Assembly: GCA_043797615.1 (NCBI GenBank)
Contig: JAZDPK010000030.1
Span: 9,067 to 73,066, forward strand
Length of the DNA: 64,000 bases
Source of the DNA: Parcubacteria group bacterium
Lineage (GTDB): Bacteria; Patescibacteriota; Patescibacteriia; UBA11705; JABHMO01
Direction of reading: 5' to 3'
Part shown: piece by piece, positions 9,075 through 16,967 of the stretch
Numbering within the stretch: the first letter of the stretch is position 1
How the letters are laid out: every line of letters begins with the position of its first letter
The notes under the pieces: model-generated
Database searches by the model: none
What the model was told of the DNA's origin: nothing
The model's input: only the letters and a program-made list of their open reading frames with translations
Position numbers and translations under genes: made by a program

Positions 9075-10142
9075 CTAGTTGTCGTCGTCGCGATCCTCGA
9101 TCTCGAAGCCGCCCTTGCCGCTCCAGCGCTTGCCATTGCGGCCTGTGCGAGGCTGCTTGCGGTCCTCGTGCTTACGCCGACGGTCGCCTTTATCGACGAC
9201 CGGAGCGGCGGCCAGCAGGTCGCCGAAGTTGGTGGCCACGACCTCGTTCTTGCCGAACGACTCGAGCAAAGCGGCTTCTTTCCTGGCCAGGCGGTCCTGA
9301 TACTTGACCCAGAGCCAGAAGCGGTAGCCGTCGTGCCGACCGGCGAGCCGGAAGTTCAGCTCGTTGTGAAGCTGCTCCACCAGCTCGTAGTGCGCGCTGT
9401 GCACGCACATGAACCGGAAGTTGCCGTAGCCGAACTCCCGCGCCACGACGTTCAGCATGGGCAGACGCGGCGCCCACTTCCCGGCCTTCTTCCAGTCATC
9501 GCAGAAGTCTGCGAAACGATCCAGAAACACGCTGAACTTGTCGGTCGGGTTGAGCGCGTCGATGTACTTCTCGAAGGACGGCTCGAACTCCTTACGGTTG
9601 GACTGGAACCTTTCCAGTTCGTCCGAGGGAATCGTGCCGTTGAACGGCAGGATATCCGCGATATCCTTGGCCAGGATATCCTTCTTGCTGGCCCAGGGCT
9701 GGAATGGCCGGCTGTCGTCGTATTTGCCGATCATGGGGGCCAGCACGTCCTTCCATTCCTGGTCCGCGGCGTCTTCCTCTGCCCGCTTCCTCAGCACCTT
9801 GGCCAAGGTCATGGGCACCGGATTCAGAATCCCGAATTTCTTCAGAAGGGTATTGGCACCCTCGTAAGAGAGAAGCAGGGTGGCGCCGCTTGCCGCGTAA
9901 CCGTCCGGAATTTTCACGCAGTAGGTCTCTTCGACCTTCAACGTGACCAGCTCGACGATCTTCGGGTTCTGAATGTCCCGAAGATTCACGAAGCTGGCGT
10001 CCAGGATGGTGCTGCCGTCCATCAGAGGGAGGTTGGTGCCGTTGTTCAACTCGATGAGCTGTTTGACGGTGAAGGCCATGGTGGCACTGTCGAAGACGGT
10101 GGCAGTGGCGATCGAAGTACTGGTTTCGTTTTCGTTCTTCAT
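9075..10142 (-). CDS. Hypothetical protein (355 aa from MKNENETSTS...), strongly GC-rich, with an Arg/Lys/Asp-rich C-terminal tail
   Basis: SD AAAGGAGA lies 6 nt before the ATG at 10142. A perfect promoter is upstream. A hand count of the 60 nt starting at 9080 gives 40 G+C. The antisense frame is open for 336 aa, the usual mirror effect of G/C-ending codons. I recognise no family. Confidence 0.7.
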   Translation of the reverse strand: MKNENETSTSIATATVFDSATMAFTVKQLIELNNGTNLPLMDGSTILDASFVNLRDIQNPKIVELVTLKVEETYCVKIPDGYAASGATLLLSYEGANTLLKKFGILNPVPMTLAKVLRKRAEEDAADQEWKDVLAPMIGKYDDSRPFQPWASKKDILAKDIADILPFNGTIPSDELERFQSNRKEFEPSFEKYIDALNPTDKFSVFLDRFADFCDDWKKAGKWAPRLPMLNVVAREFGYGNFRFMCVHSAHYELVEQLHNELNFRLAGRHDGYRFWLWVKYQDRLARKEAALLESFGKNEVVATNFGDLLAAAPVVDKGDRRRKHEDRKQPRTGRNGKRWSGKGGFEIEDRDDDN

Positions 10143-10208
10143 TTCGTTCTCCTTTTTCAAAAAAAATTGTTTAAATAACATTCTTCGCAACTTGCGAATG
10201 AACTGAAC

Positions 10209-10237
10209 ATTATAGCACACTTTAATAATTTTGTCAA
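10209..10237 (-). promoter_or_regulatory. Consensus sigma70 promoter of the GC-rich gene
   Basis: The minus strand reads TTGACA-17 nt-TATAAT, with TGTGC immediately before the -10. Confidence 0.65.
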
Positions 10238-10377
10238 TAGCCGCTGTCGGTTAAACAAATTAATTACTAAATTTAGAGTGAATTGTGTGTTATAATGTAC
10301 AGGCATTATGCAGAATAAACGAAAAAACGGAAAAACGAATGAACTAACGTAGATATGAGCAAACAAAAAACACAATA

Positions 10378-10491
10378 CTTCACAAAACGACGCGCATTGT
10401 CATTCTGAACTTGCCGCGCCCTGCACTTGCAAACTTGCATAGTGCAAGGGATTCAGAATCCGACAATGCGCGGAGACAATCTTCACAAAAC
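10378..10491. repeat. MITE-like insertion: an 82-nt long-stem inverted repeat flanked by an 11-bp direct repeat
   Basis: CTTCACAAAAC occurs at 10378-10388 and again at 10481-10491. Between them, the arms CGCGCATTGTCATTCTGAA (10391-10409) and TTCAGAATCCGACAATGCGCG (10452-10472) pair with a 2-nt bulge. Confidence 0.5.
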
Positions 10492-10536
10492 AATAATTTT
10501 CATATATAATTGAATTATTCATAATAAAATAGAGAA

Positions 10537-10620
10537 ATGAGATAAATGTGATAAACGAGATAAACGCGATTTACTAGATAGTTGTGTCTGGACAATCTCG
10601 TTTATCCCGTTCATCTCGTT
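10537..10620 (+). promoter_or_regulatory. Iteron-like repeats and a long imperfect hairpin in the gltX 5' leader
   Basis: Three tandem GATAAAYGN units span 10541-10567. The arm 10537-10563 pairs with 10594-10620 over about 27 positions, allowing G-U pairs and 2 mismatches. The hairpin ends 8 nt before the gltX ATG. Confidence 0.45.
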
Positions 10621-10628
10621 AAATAAAT

Positions 10629-12164
10629 ATGGATAATTTAAATCTCTCCAACGTCCGCGTCCGCATCGCCCCCAGCCCGACCGGCTTCGTGCACATGGGC
10701 ACGCTGCGCACTATTTTGTACAATTATCTTTTCGCCAAGCATTACAAAGGCCAATTCATCATCCGGATCGAGGATACGGATCAAACTCGGCTCGTGCCGG
10801 GCGCGGTGGAGGACTTGCTGCGCGTCATGCGCTGGGCCGGCTTTGAAAACGACGAAGGCCCTTGCCTGACCAAGGACGGAAAAATCAAAGAGCGCGGCGA
10901 ATTTGGGCCGTACGCGCAATCGCAGCGGCTGGATATTTACAAAAAACACGCGCAAATTTTATTGGAGAAAAACAAAGCATATCATTGCTTCTGTTCAAAG
11001 GAGCGCTTGGAAAATCTGCGCAACGAGCAAATTAAAAACAAACAGGCGCCGAAATACGACAACTTCTGCCGCAATCTGTCGCCGGACGAAGTGAAATCGA
11101 TGATCAACGGCGGCGCGACTCATGTCGTGCGCTTCAAAATGCCGGAAAATAAAACCGTTTTATTTTCCGATTTGATCCGCGGGGAAATATCGGTAAACTC
11201 AAAAGATCTGGACGATTTCGTTTTGCTGAAAGCCGACGGCTATCCGACTTACAATTTCGCGAACGTGATCGACGATCATCTGATGAAAATTTCGCAGATC
11301 ATGCGCGGCGAAGAATTCATTTCAAGCACGCCGAAATACGCATTGCTGTACGAAGCGTACAACTGGCAGCCGCCGCAATTCGCGCATCTGCCCCAGCTTT
11401 TGAGCAAACAGCGGAAAAAATTGAGCAAGCGCGACGGCGACACCAATGTCCAGGAATTCATCGACAAAGGATACTTGAAAGACGCGATCATCAACTTTAT
11501 CGCTTTGCTCGGCTGGAATTCCGGCACGGAGCAGGAAATCTACACGCTTGAAGAATTGGTAAAGCAATTTTCGCTTGACGGCGTGCATAAATCCGGCGCT
11601 ATTTTCGACATCGACAAGCTGGACTGGATCAACGGCGCGTACATTCGCAAAATGTCTGTTGACGAATTTTACAACGAATGCGCAAAATTTTTATTCGCCG
11701 CGAATTTAATTACAAAAGAAAAAGAAAAAATTCTGATCAACGCGACCAACGAGAAAGTGAAGCCGGCTTACGTTAAAAACATTTTGGCGCTTGAACAATC
11801 GCGCATTAAAAAGCTGTCCGACATTTCAGCGGCGGTTGAATATTTTTTCAAGAAAGATCTGGAATACGACGCCGCAAAATTGGTTTGGAAAAAATCGGAC
11901 AAAGAGAAAACGCTTGCCAACCTGTCCCGGCTGGCGAAATTGCTGAAAAAGACCTTAATCGCCGATTTCACAAAAGAAAGGCTGGAAAAATCGATCAACG
12001 GCTTCATCGCCGCGAACAATATCGGTGCCGGCGACCTGCTCTGGCCCATGCGTTTCGCGTTGTCGGGAAAAGAGCAATCGCCAGGACCGTTTGAGATCGC
12101 CGCGGCCTTGGGCAAAAGCAAAACACTGGAAAGAATCAATGAAGCCATTACAAAATTAATCTAA
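10629..12164 (+). CDS. gltX: Glutamyl-tRNA synthetase
   Basis: 511 aa. Class I signatures are present: PSPTGFVHMG (HIGH-like) and KLSKRD (KMSKS-like). Confidence 0.95.
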   Translation: MDNLNLSNVRVRIAPSPTGFVHMGTLRTILYNYLFAKHYKGQFIIRIEDTDQTRLVPGAVEDLLRVMRWAGFENDEGPCLTKDGKIKERGEFGPYAQSQRLDIYKKHAQILLEKNKAYHCFCSKERLENLRNEQIKNKQAPKYDNFCRNLSPDEVKSMINGGATHVVRFKMPENKTVLFSDLIRGEISVNSKDLDDFVLLKADGYPTYNFANVIDDHLMKISQIMRGEEFISSTPKYALLYEAYNWQPPQFAHLPQLLSKQRKKLSKRDGDTNVQEFIDKGYLKDAIINFIALLGWNSGTEQEIYTLEELVKQFSLDGVHKSGAIFDIDKLDWINGAYIRKMSVDEFYNECAKFLFAANLITKEKEKILINATNEKVKPAYVKNILALEQSRIKKLSDISAAVEYFFKKDLEYDAAKLVWKKSDKEKTLANLSRLAKLLKKTLIADFTKERLEKSINGFIAANNIGAGDLLWPMRFALSGKEQSPGPFEIAAALGKSKTLERINEAITKLI

Positions 12165-12264
12165 TCCGAATCAAAGCCAGAAATCCGAATTCTCCGAATA
12201 AAACCACCACAGTAAAACATCTAATGAATATTCGGAGCATTCGGATTTTTATTATTCGGATTAT
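12161..12264. repeat. TCCGAAT-family palindromic, MITE-like element E1; it also serves as the gltX terminator hairpin
   Basis: Ends are CTAATCCGAAT (12161-12171, overlapping the gltX TAA) and ATTCGGATTAT (12254-12264). The internal 20-bp arms 12181-12200 and 12229-12248 match at 19 of 20 positions and are followed by TTTTTATTATT. Confidence 0.6.
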
Positions 12265-12318
12265 GTTTGCACAGTCTCAAATTTCAAACGTTTGACCTTT
12301 TCTGATATAATAGTATCG

Positions 12319-13530
12319 ATGAACAACCGCTCAATCGCAATCAAATTTAAAGCGATAAAAATGCTTATTGCCGGCGTTTGCGTTTTTATTTTGCCGCTGG
12401 CCGCCGGCGCCGAAACGTCCGCGGAAATCACCGAACTGCTCAACGGCAAGAAACAGGAGATCGAGCAACTGAAAAAGCAAATCGAAGTTTACCAGCAGAA
12501 CATCGACGTGAAGAAAAGGGAAGCGGCCACGCTGAAAAACCAGCTTTCGATATTGCAAAGCCAGATCGCCAAAAGCGAGCTCGACCTGCGGGAAACGGCC
12601 GCGCGGATCGCCGCCGTTCAGCTCGAGATAAAGGACATGCAGATGCAAATCTCGAGCAAGGAAAAGGACATCGGCCAGCGCCAAATCAGCCTGGCCGCGA
12701 CGCTTCAGGACATTTATAAAAACGATCATGACAACAGCCTGAAAATTTTCATTTTAAACAATTCTTTGTCCGATTACTTCAGCCAGCTGGAATATTCGAA
12801 GGAGCTGCAAAACAAGCTGGCGCAATCGCTCGTCGATTTGAAAGGCGAAAAGAAATCATTGCAATCCAAACAGCGCGATCTGGAAATCAAAAACAGCGAA
12901 CTTTTGAGTTTAAAAAACAATCTGACGTTGCAGAAGGAAGAGCTTTCTGGACAAAAAACATACAAGAACAACCTGCTGGCGCAGACGCAGAATTCGGAAA
13001 AAAAATACAGCGCGCTTTATCAGAAAGCGCTGGCCGAACAAAACGCGATCAGCAGTGAAATCGCCAATCTGGAAAAAAAGGCGCGCGCCAGGCTGAGCGA
13101 GAGTCAGCGTCCGGCTCTGCTGGGCGGGCAATTGACCTGGCCGGTGCCGGTCAACGCGATTACGACATATTTCCATGATCCGGAATATCCGTTCCGCTAC
13201 ATTTTCGAGCATCCGGCAATCGACATCCGCGCCAAACAGGGCTCGCCGATCGCCGCGCCACTTGAAGGCTATGTTCTCAATGTGAAAAACGGGGGAATGG
13301 GCTACAGCTACATCGCCATTTTGCACGCGAGCGGGCTGTCAACGGTCTACGGCCACGTGAGCAAAATTTTCGTTCAAACGGACGAATATGTCAGCCGTGG
13401 CGAAATAATCGGCCTGACCGGCGGCATGCCCGGCACGCCGGGCGCCGGACCATTAACCACCGGCCCGCATTTGCATTTCGAAGTGCGCGCGAACGGAATA
13501 CCGGTGAATCCACTGGATTATTTGCCGTAA
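12319..13530 (+). CDS. Coiled-coil M23 peptidase (EnvC-like murein DD-endopeptidase or activator)
   Basis: A signal/TM segment is followed by a long coiled coil. The C-terminal M23 domain shows HPAIDIRA and GPHLHFEVR. I prefer the start at the ATG at 12319. Confidence 0.85.
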   Translation: MNNRSIAIKFKAIKMLIAGVCVFILPLAAGAETSAEITELLNGKKQEIEQLKKQIEVYQQNIDVKKREAATLKNQLSILQSQIAKSELDLRETAARIAAVQLEIKDMQMQISSKEKDIGQRQISLAATLQDIYKNDHDNSLKIFILNNSLSDYFSQLEYSKELQNKLAQSLVDLKGEKKSLQSKQRDLEIKNSELLSLKNNLTLQKEELSGQKTYKNNLLAQTQNSEKKYSALYQKALAEQNAISSEIANLEKKARARLSESQRPALLGGQLTWPVPVNAITTYFHDPEYPFRYIFEHPAIDIRAKQGSPIAAPLEGYVLNVKNGGMGYSYIAILHASGLSTVYGHVSKIFVQTDEYVSRGEIIGLTGGMPGTPGAGPLTTGPHLHFEVRANGIPVNPLDYLP

Positions 13531-13547
13531 GATAATTTAAATTTAAA

Positions 13548-13628
13548 ACTATCCGAATATACTTAAGATTAAATGACATCTGTTGTTTGCATTCAGAGAA
13601 TTCGGATTTCTCTTTTTATTCGGATTAT
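13548..13628. repeat. TCCGAAT-family element E2
   Basis: The left end ACTATCCGAAT (13548-13558) matches the E3 TIR at 9 of 11 positions. The right end is ATTCGGATTAT (13618-13628). The segment 13585-13628 is closely similar to 39340-39379. Confidence 0.5.
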
Positions 13629-13637
13629 ATTATTTTT

Positions 13638-14084
13638 ATGAATTCACATGAACAGCTAGTTCAATTACTGTTCAATAAGGTCTGCGCGATTTTGAAAGCC
13701 GACGGGCTTACGCTAAGAATAATCAAACGCAAAGGCAAAATTACCAAAGGCCGATATTTGAAAGGATATATTAACCTGCGAAAACGAATTATCGGATTGG
13801 ATATTTATACGCCGAAAAAAATGGAGCCGAAAAGCTTCAACGGCTTGATTCGAACGATTTGCCATGAAGTTGCGCATCTGCAAAAACTGCCGTACAAGCA
13901 ATATTACAAGCGGCACTGGATCATTCGCCAGCATTATCCGGCGTTTTACAAGCAAATCGAACGCAACATAAACAAAATAAAAAAAGACGCGACGCTTGGC
14001 GCGCATTTCGAGCAAGACGCGAAAAAACGCCCGCTTCACCAACGCGATAGCCTGCCTCGCGGCAAGGCGGGCGAGGCGAGCTAA
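13638..14084 (+). CDS. Putative HExxH zinc metallopeptidase (SprT/YgjP-like)
   Basis: 148 aa from MNSHEQ. The HEVAH motif is followed by an aromatic/His-rich segment. The family assignment is tentative. Confidence 0.45.
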   Translation: MNSHEQLVQLLFNKVCAILKADGLTLRIIKRKGKITKGRYLKGYINLRKRIIGLDIYTPKKMEPKSFNGLIRTICHEVAHLQKLPYKQYYKRHWIIRQHYPAFYKQIERNINKIKKDATLGAHFEQDAKKRPLHQRDSLPRGKAGEAS

Positions 14085-14131
14085 ACTAAACGCCAATCAA
14101 ACGCAAAACACTTTAGATTTAAAATATAAAA

Positions 14132-14161
14132 GCGGTTTCACGGTATAGTCCGTGAAACCGC
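14132..14161. terminator. Bidirectional terminator hairpin; an identical copy lies at 48118-48147
   Basis: A 12-bp perfect stem, GCGGTTTCACGG/CCGTGAAACCGC, sits between convergent genes. Confidence 0.7.
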
Positions 14162-14171
14162 GTTGTTTAAA

Positions 14172-15140
14172 TTATTTATTTTCCTTCCCGCCACTATGGT
14201 GATATTTCAGATAAACATCGCGAAGCTTCTTATTTGTCACGTGCGTGTAAATCTGCGTTGTGGAAATGTCTTGATGTCCTAAAAATTCCTGAACAAGACG
14301 CAGATCAACGCCGTTCATAAGCAAATCCGTGGCGTAAGAATGACGCAGCGTGTGCGGACTGGTCATGATCGGCAAACCGCAAATCTTAACGTACTTTTTA
14401 ACGATGGTTTCAATCGAACGCGTGGTCAAGCGCCGGCTTTCCGATTTTTTTATTGATGAAAAATTGATGAACAGCGGCTTTTCCAAATCTTTGCGCATAT
14501 CCAGATATTTTTTCAACCAAAGCAGGCAGCGTTCGGAAAAATAAACCGTGCGCACGTGCCGGCCTTTGCCAACGACCGTGATTTCCAACAGCGTTTGATT
14601 TTTATTAATCTTTAACTGATCGGCATCCAAAGCGGCAAGTTCGGCAACGCGCAATCCGGTTGAAAAAAGCGTTTCAAGTATCGCGCGGTCGCGCAGGCCC
14701 ATGATATTTGACGTGTCGGGACTGCTAAGCAAACGCTCAACCTGATCTATCTTGAGAAAATTCACAACGCGGTCGTTCTTCGGCTTTGTGAGTTTAATCT
14801 TTTCCGCCGGCAAAGTGAGTATGTCCTTTTCCGCCAAAAAATTAAGGAAGGCGCGCAACGCGATCAAATAATAGTTCTGCGTTGATTTCTTTAAATTTTC
14901 CTTTGTGTGCTTGGATGTTGTCTTGCGCGAAAGAAATACGCGATATTGCCAAATATGCTCCGCGTTCAATTCATGGGGGAGTAGGCTTTCCATTTTGGCG
15001 TCGTCTTTCAACCAGCTGATGAATCTTTGCAGAAAACGTCCGTAATTTTCCTGCGTCTTGGATGTTAATCCTTTTTCAATATCAAGATAATCAAGAAACG
15101 TTGAAACGTGTTTAACAAGAGGGGTGGTGGATTTATTCAT
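14172..15140 (-). CDS. Tyrosine recombinase, XerC/XerD-like
   Basis: 322 aa. The C-terminal motif is HTLRHSYATDLL...GH.DISTTQIYTHV, with an N-terminal SAM-like core-binding domain. Confidence 0.85.
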   Translation of the reverse strand: MNKSTTPLVKHVSTFLDYLDIEKGLTSKTQENYGRFLQRFISWLKDDAKMESLLPHELNAEHIWQYRVFLSRKTTSKHTKENLKKSTQNYYLIALRAFLNFLAEKDILTLPAEKIKLTKPKNDRVVNFLKIDQVERLLSSPDTSNIMGLRDRAILETLFSTGLRVAELAALDADQLKINKNQTLLEITVVGKGRHVRTVYFSERCLLWLKKYLDMRKDLEKPLFINFSSIKKSESRRLTTRSIETIVKKYVKICGLPIMTSPHTLRHSYATDLLMNGVDLRLVQEFLGHQDISTTQIYTHVTNKKLRDVYLKYHHSGGKENK

Positions 15141-15763
15141 AGTATTTGCATCGTATATTGTTTCGCATAATGCTAATTAAGAGAGACAATATACAATAAA
15201 TATAACATGCGCAAATCAAATTGACGATCAATCCTTGTGGATAATCTTTTATATGCAATCATATTCGTTCAAGAGAATAAACGCTATAATCGCAATATAA
15301 AGCCTCGTTTTTATGCCAAATCGGGATATATATATGTATCAAGGGAATTGAACACCTATACATAGATGACCCTTAAACATGATTTAACATACATATACGT
15401 CATAAATATTGTCTTTAAAACCAATTTAATTTTTTTTAAACTGAAATCAGGATCAATCCGGCCAAGTCGCCTTTATTAGCATTAACAATATTTATTCCAA
15501 ACAATTTTCAATCCGTCTCTACACTCTGTTTCTCGAACCGCTCTGCTTTTATGTGTCGTAAAATAATTAACAAGGGAACGGAAGAATATTATTAAAATTA
15601 TAAAACCGCCATATCATTGATACGACGGTTTGATTTTCAATAATTAAGAACAACCACCGGTCAGATGTCCAGGATCATGGTTGATAAGAGTATTCGTCAT
15701 GCAAAAAACGCGCATACTTTTTTGCAACGCTTTTTTGTTTTCACTTTCACAATCATTATCCTT

Positions 15764-15949
15764 TCACCAGCTCGCGATCGGGCCGCGAACGATTTCATCG
15801 AGCTCCTCGTCGGTCGGTCCGCGCTTGTTCTTTTGACGCGCGACTTCGGCGTTGTGAATATCCAGAACCAAATTCGACACCACTCCCCTCTCATTGCGGC
15901 CGTCCGGACCCACGCCTGCCCATTCGTGCTTTTTCTGTTTTTCAGACAT
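15764..15949 (-). CDS. Small hypothetical protein (61 aa, MSEKQKKHEWAGVGPDGRNERG...)
   Basis: A strong SD, AAGGAGGA, lies 6 nt before the ATG at 15949. The sequence is GC-rich relative to the AT-rich flank. Confidence 0.5.
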   Translation of the reverse strand: MSEKQKKHEWAGVGPDGRNERGVVSNLVLDIHNAEVARQKNKRGPTDEELDEIVRGPIASW

Positions 15950-16049
15950 TTTATCCTCCTTCTCCATCAGATAAGCAACCGTTATAGTTGCGATAATGTT
16001 AATGTTCAGCGAATACGCCGATATTATCACGCAGAAAATATTTTGTCAA

Positions 16050-16874
16050 TCATTTGTAATAAACTTTATCGCCGAAGCGCAGATCGATGTAATTGATTTT
16101 GCCCAGATTGCTTTTGATGTCGCTCTGATTCATGAGCGCGGCAAGCCGGCCGATCTGCTCGGCGGCGGGCAGCGCCGAATTGAAATAAATCGCCGCGCCT
16201 TCCAGCGTCTTCGCCATCAGCGAATTGGCGGTTTTCTCGTAAATCGCGATCGTCCATTTGCCTTTTATCAGCCGGGAAAGCTGTTCGTTGAAAGCAATGA
16301 TCCCGGCTAATTCGCCGGCGTTGATCGCGCGCTGGCCGATCGATAGATCGCTATTTTGCATATTACGTATTTTCAAAAGTCCGCCGCTGTCCTCGCAATA
16401 CTCGATCGCCAGGCCGGACGGATCAAGACGAAAGCACTGGCCTTTTGAAAACCAATTGACCGTTGATTCTTTTTCCTTCAGGCCGATTTCAACGCGGTTC
16501 AACAGTTTCTTTTCGATCTTTAAATCGTCGAAGAAATATTTTTCCGCGATGGCGTTTTTAACGTCGTTGCAATTGAAAATCCAGAAATTGTTGCGCGAAA
16601 ACGCCAGCCACTTCCTTGAAAAGCGATACTGGTCGATGATCTTGTCCAGGCTTTCCCTCTTCACCTTGTTCAAGCCGCTGATTTCTACCTGCTTGATTTG
16701 GAAAACCGGCGAAAGCCAGATCAAATACGCCAGCCCGGCGATGGCTACGAAAACAAACAAGAGCGCAAGCTTTATCCAGCGGCTTTTCGCCTTTGCCTGA
16801 TCGCGGATTATTCTCGGGTTTTTGTAATCCAAATTTTTGAAATCTTTTTGGTATTTGCTGCTGATCTGGGGCAT
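16050..16874 (-). CDS. ftsQ: Cell-division protein FtsQ/DivIB-like
   Basis: 274 aa. A single N-terminal TM is followed by a POTRA-like segment (FQIKQVEISGLNKV). Confidence 0.65.
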   Translation of the reverse strand: MPQISSKYQKDFKNLDYKNPRIIRDQAKAKSRWIKLALLFVFVAIAGLAYLIWLSPVFQIKQVEISGLNKVKRESLDKIIDQYRFSRKWLAFSRNNFWIFNCNDVKNAIAEKYFFDDLKIEKKLLNRVEIGLKEKESTVNWFSKGQCFRLDPSGLAIEYCEDSGGLLKIRNMQNSDLSIGQRAINAGELAGIIAFNEQLSRLIKGKWTIAIYEKTANSLMAKTLEGAAIYFNSALPAAEQIGRLAALMNQSDIKSNLGKINYIDLRFGDKVYYK

Positions 16875-16967
16875 AAGGCAAAGTAAAACGAGTTAAACCT
16901 GCCTACCGGCAGGCAGGCAAGCAAGACGAGCGAGACAAGCCAATTAAGAGATCCGAAGTTGCTTATT

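Noticed and set aside
9168-10178. 336-aa plus-strand ORF
   Set aside because: It is the antisense mirror of the GC3-rich gene 9075..10142. Its Arg/Gly/Val/Leu-rich composition is nonsense-like, and it has no start signals.
10500-10628. T-box riboswitch upstream of gltX
   Set aside because: The leader is too short (about 90 nt of structure). There is no T-box consensus (AGGGUGGNACCGCG-like) and no terminator/antiterminator pair.
13638-15140. Integrated mobile element or prophage defined by the tyrosine recombinase
   Set aside because: There is no flanking att-like direct repeat, tRNA or phage/plasmid gene. The recombinase has the typical housekeeping Xer layout.
15236-15244. oriC hypothesis based on perfect DnaA boxes (15236-15244, 22492-22500) and CTATCCACA copies at 41887 and 42080
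   Set aside because: The perfect boxes are isolated single sites and do not form a cluster. No dnaA or dnaN gene is nearby. About 0.5 perfect 9-mers are expected by chance in this window, so two is not compelling.
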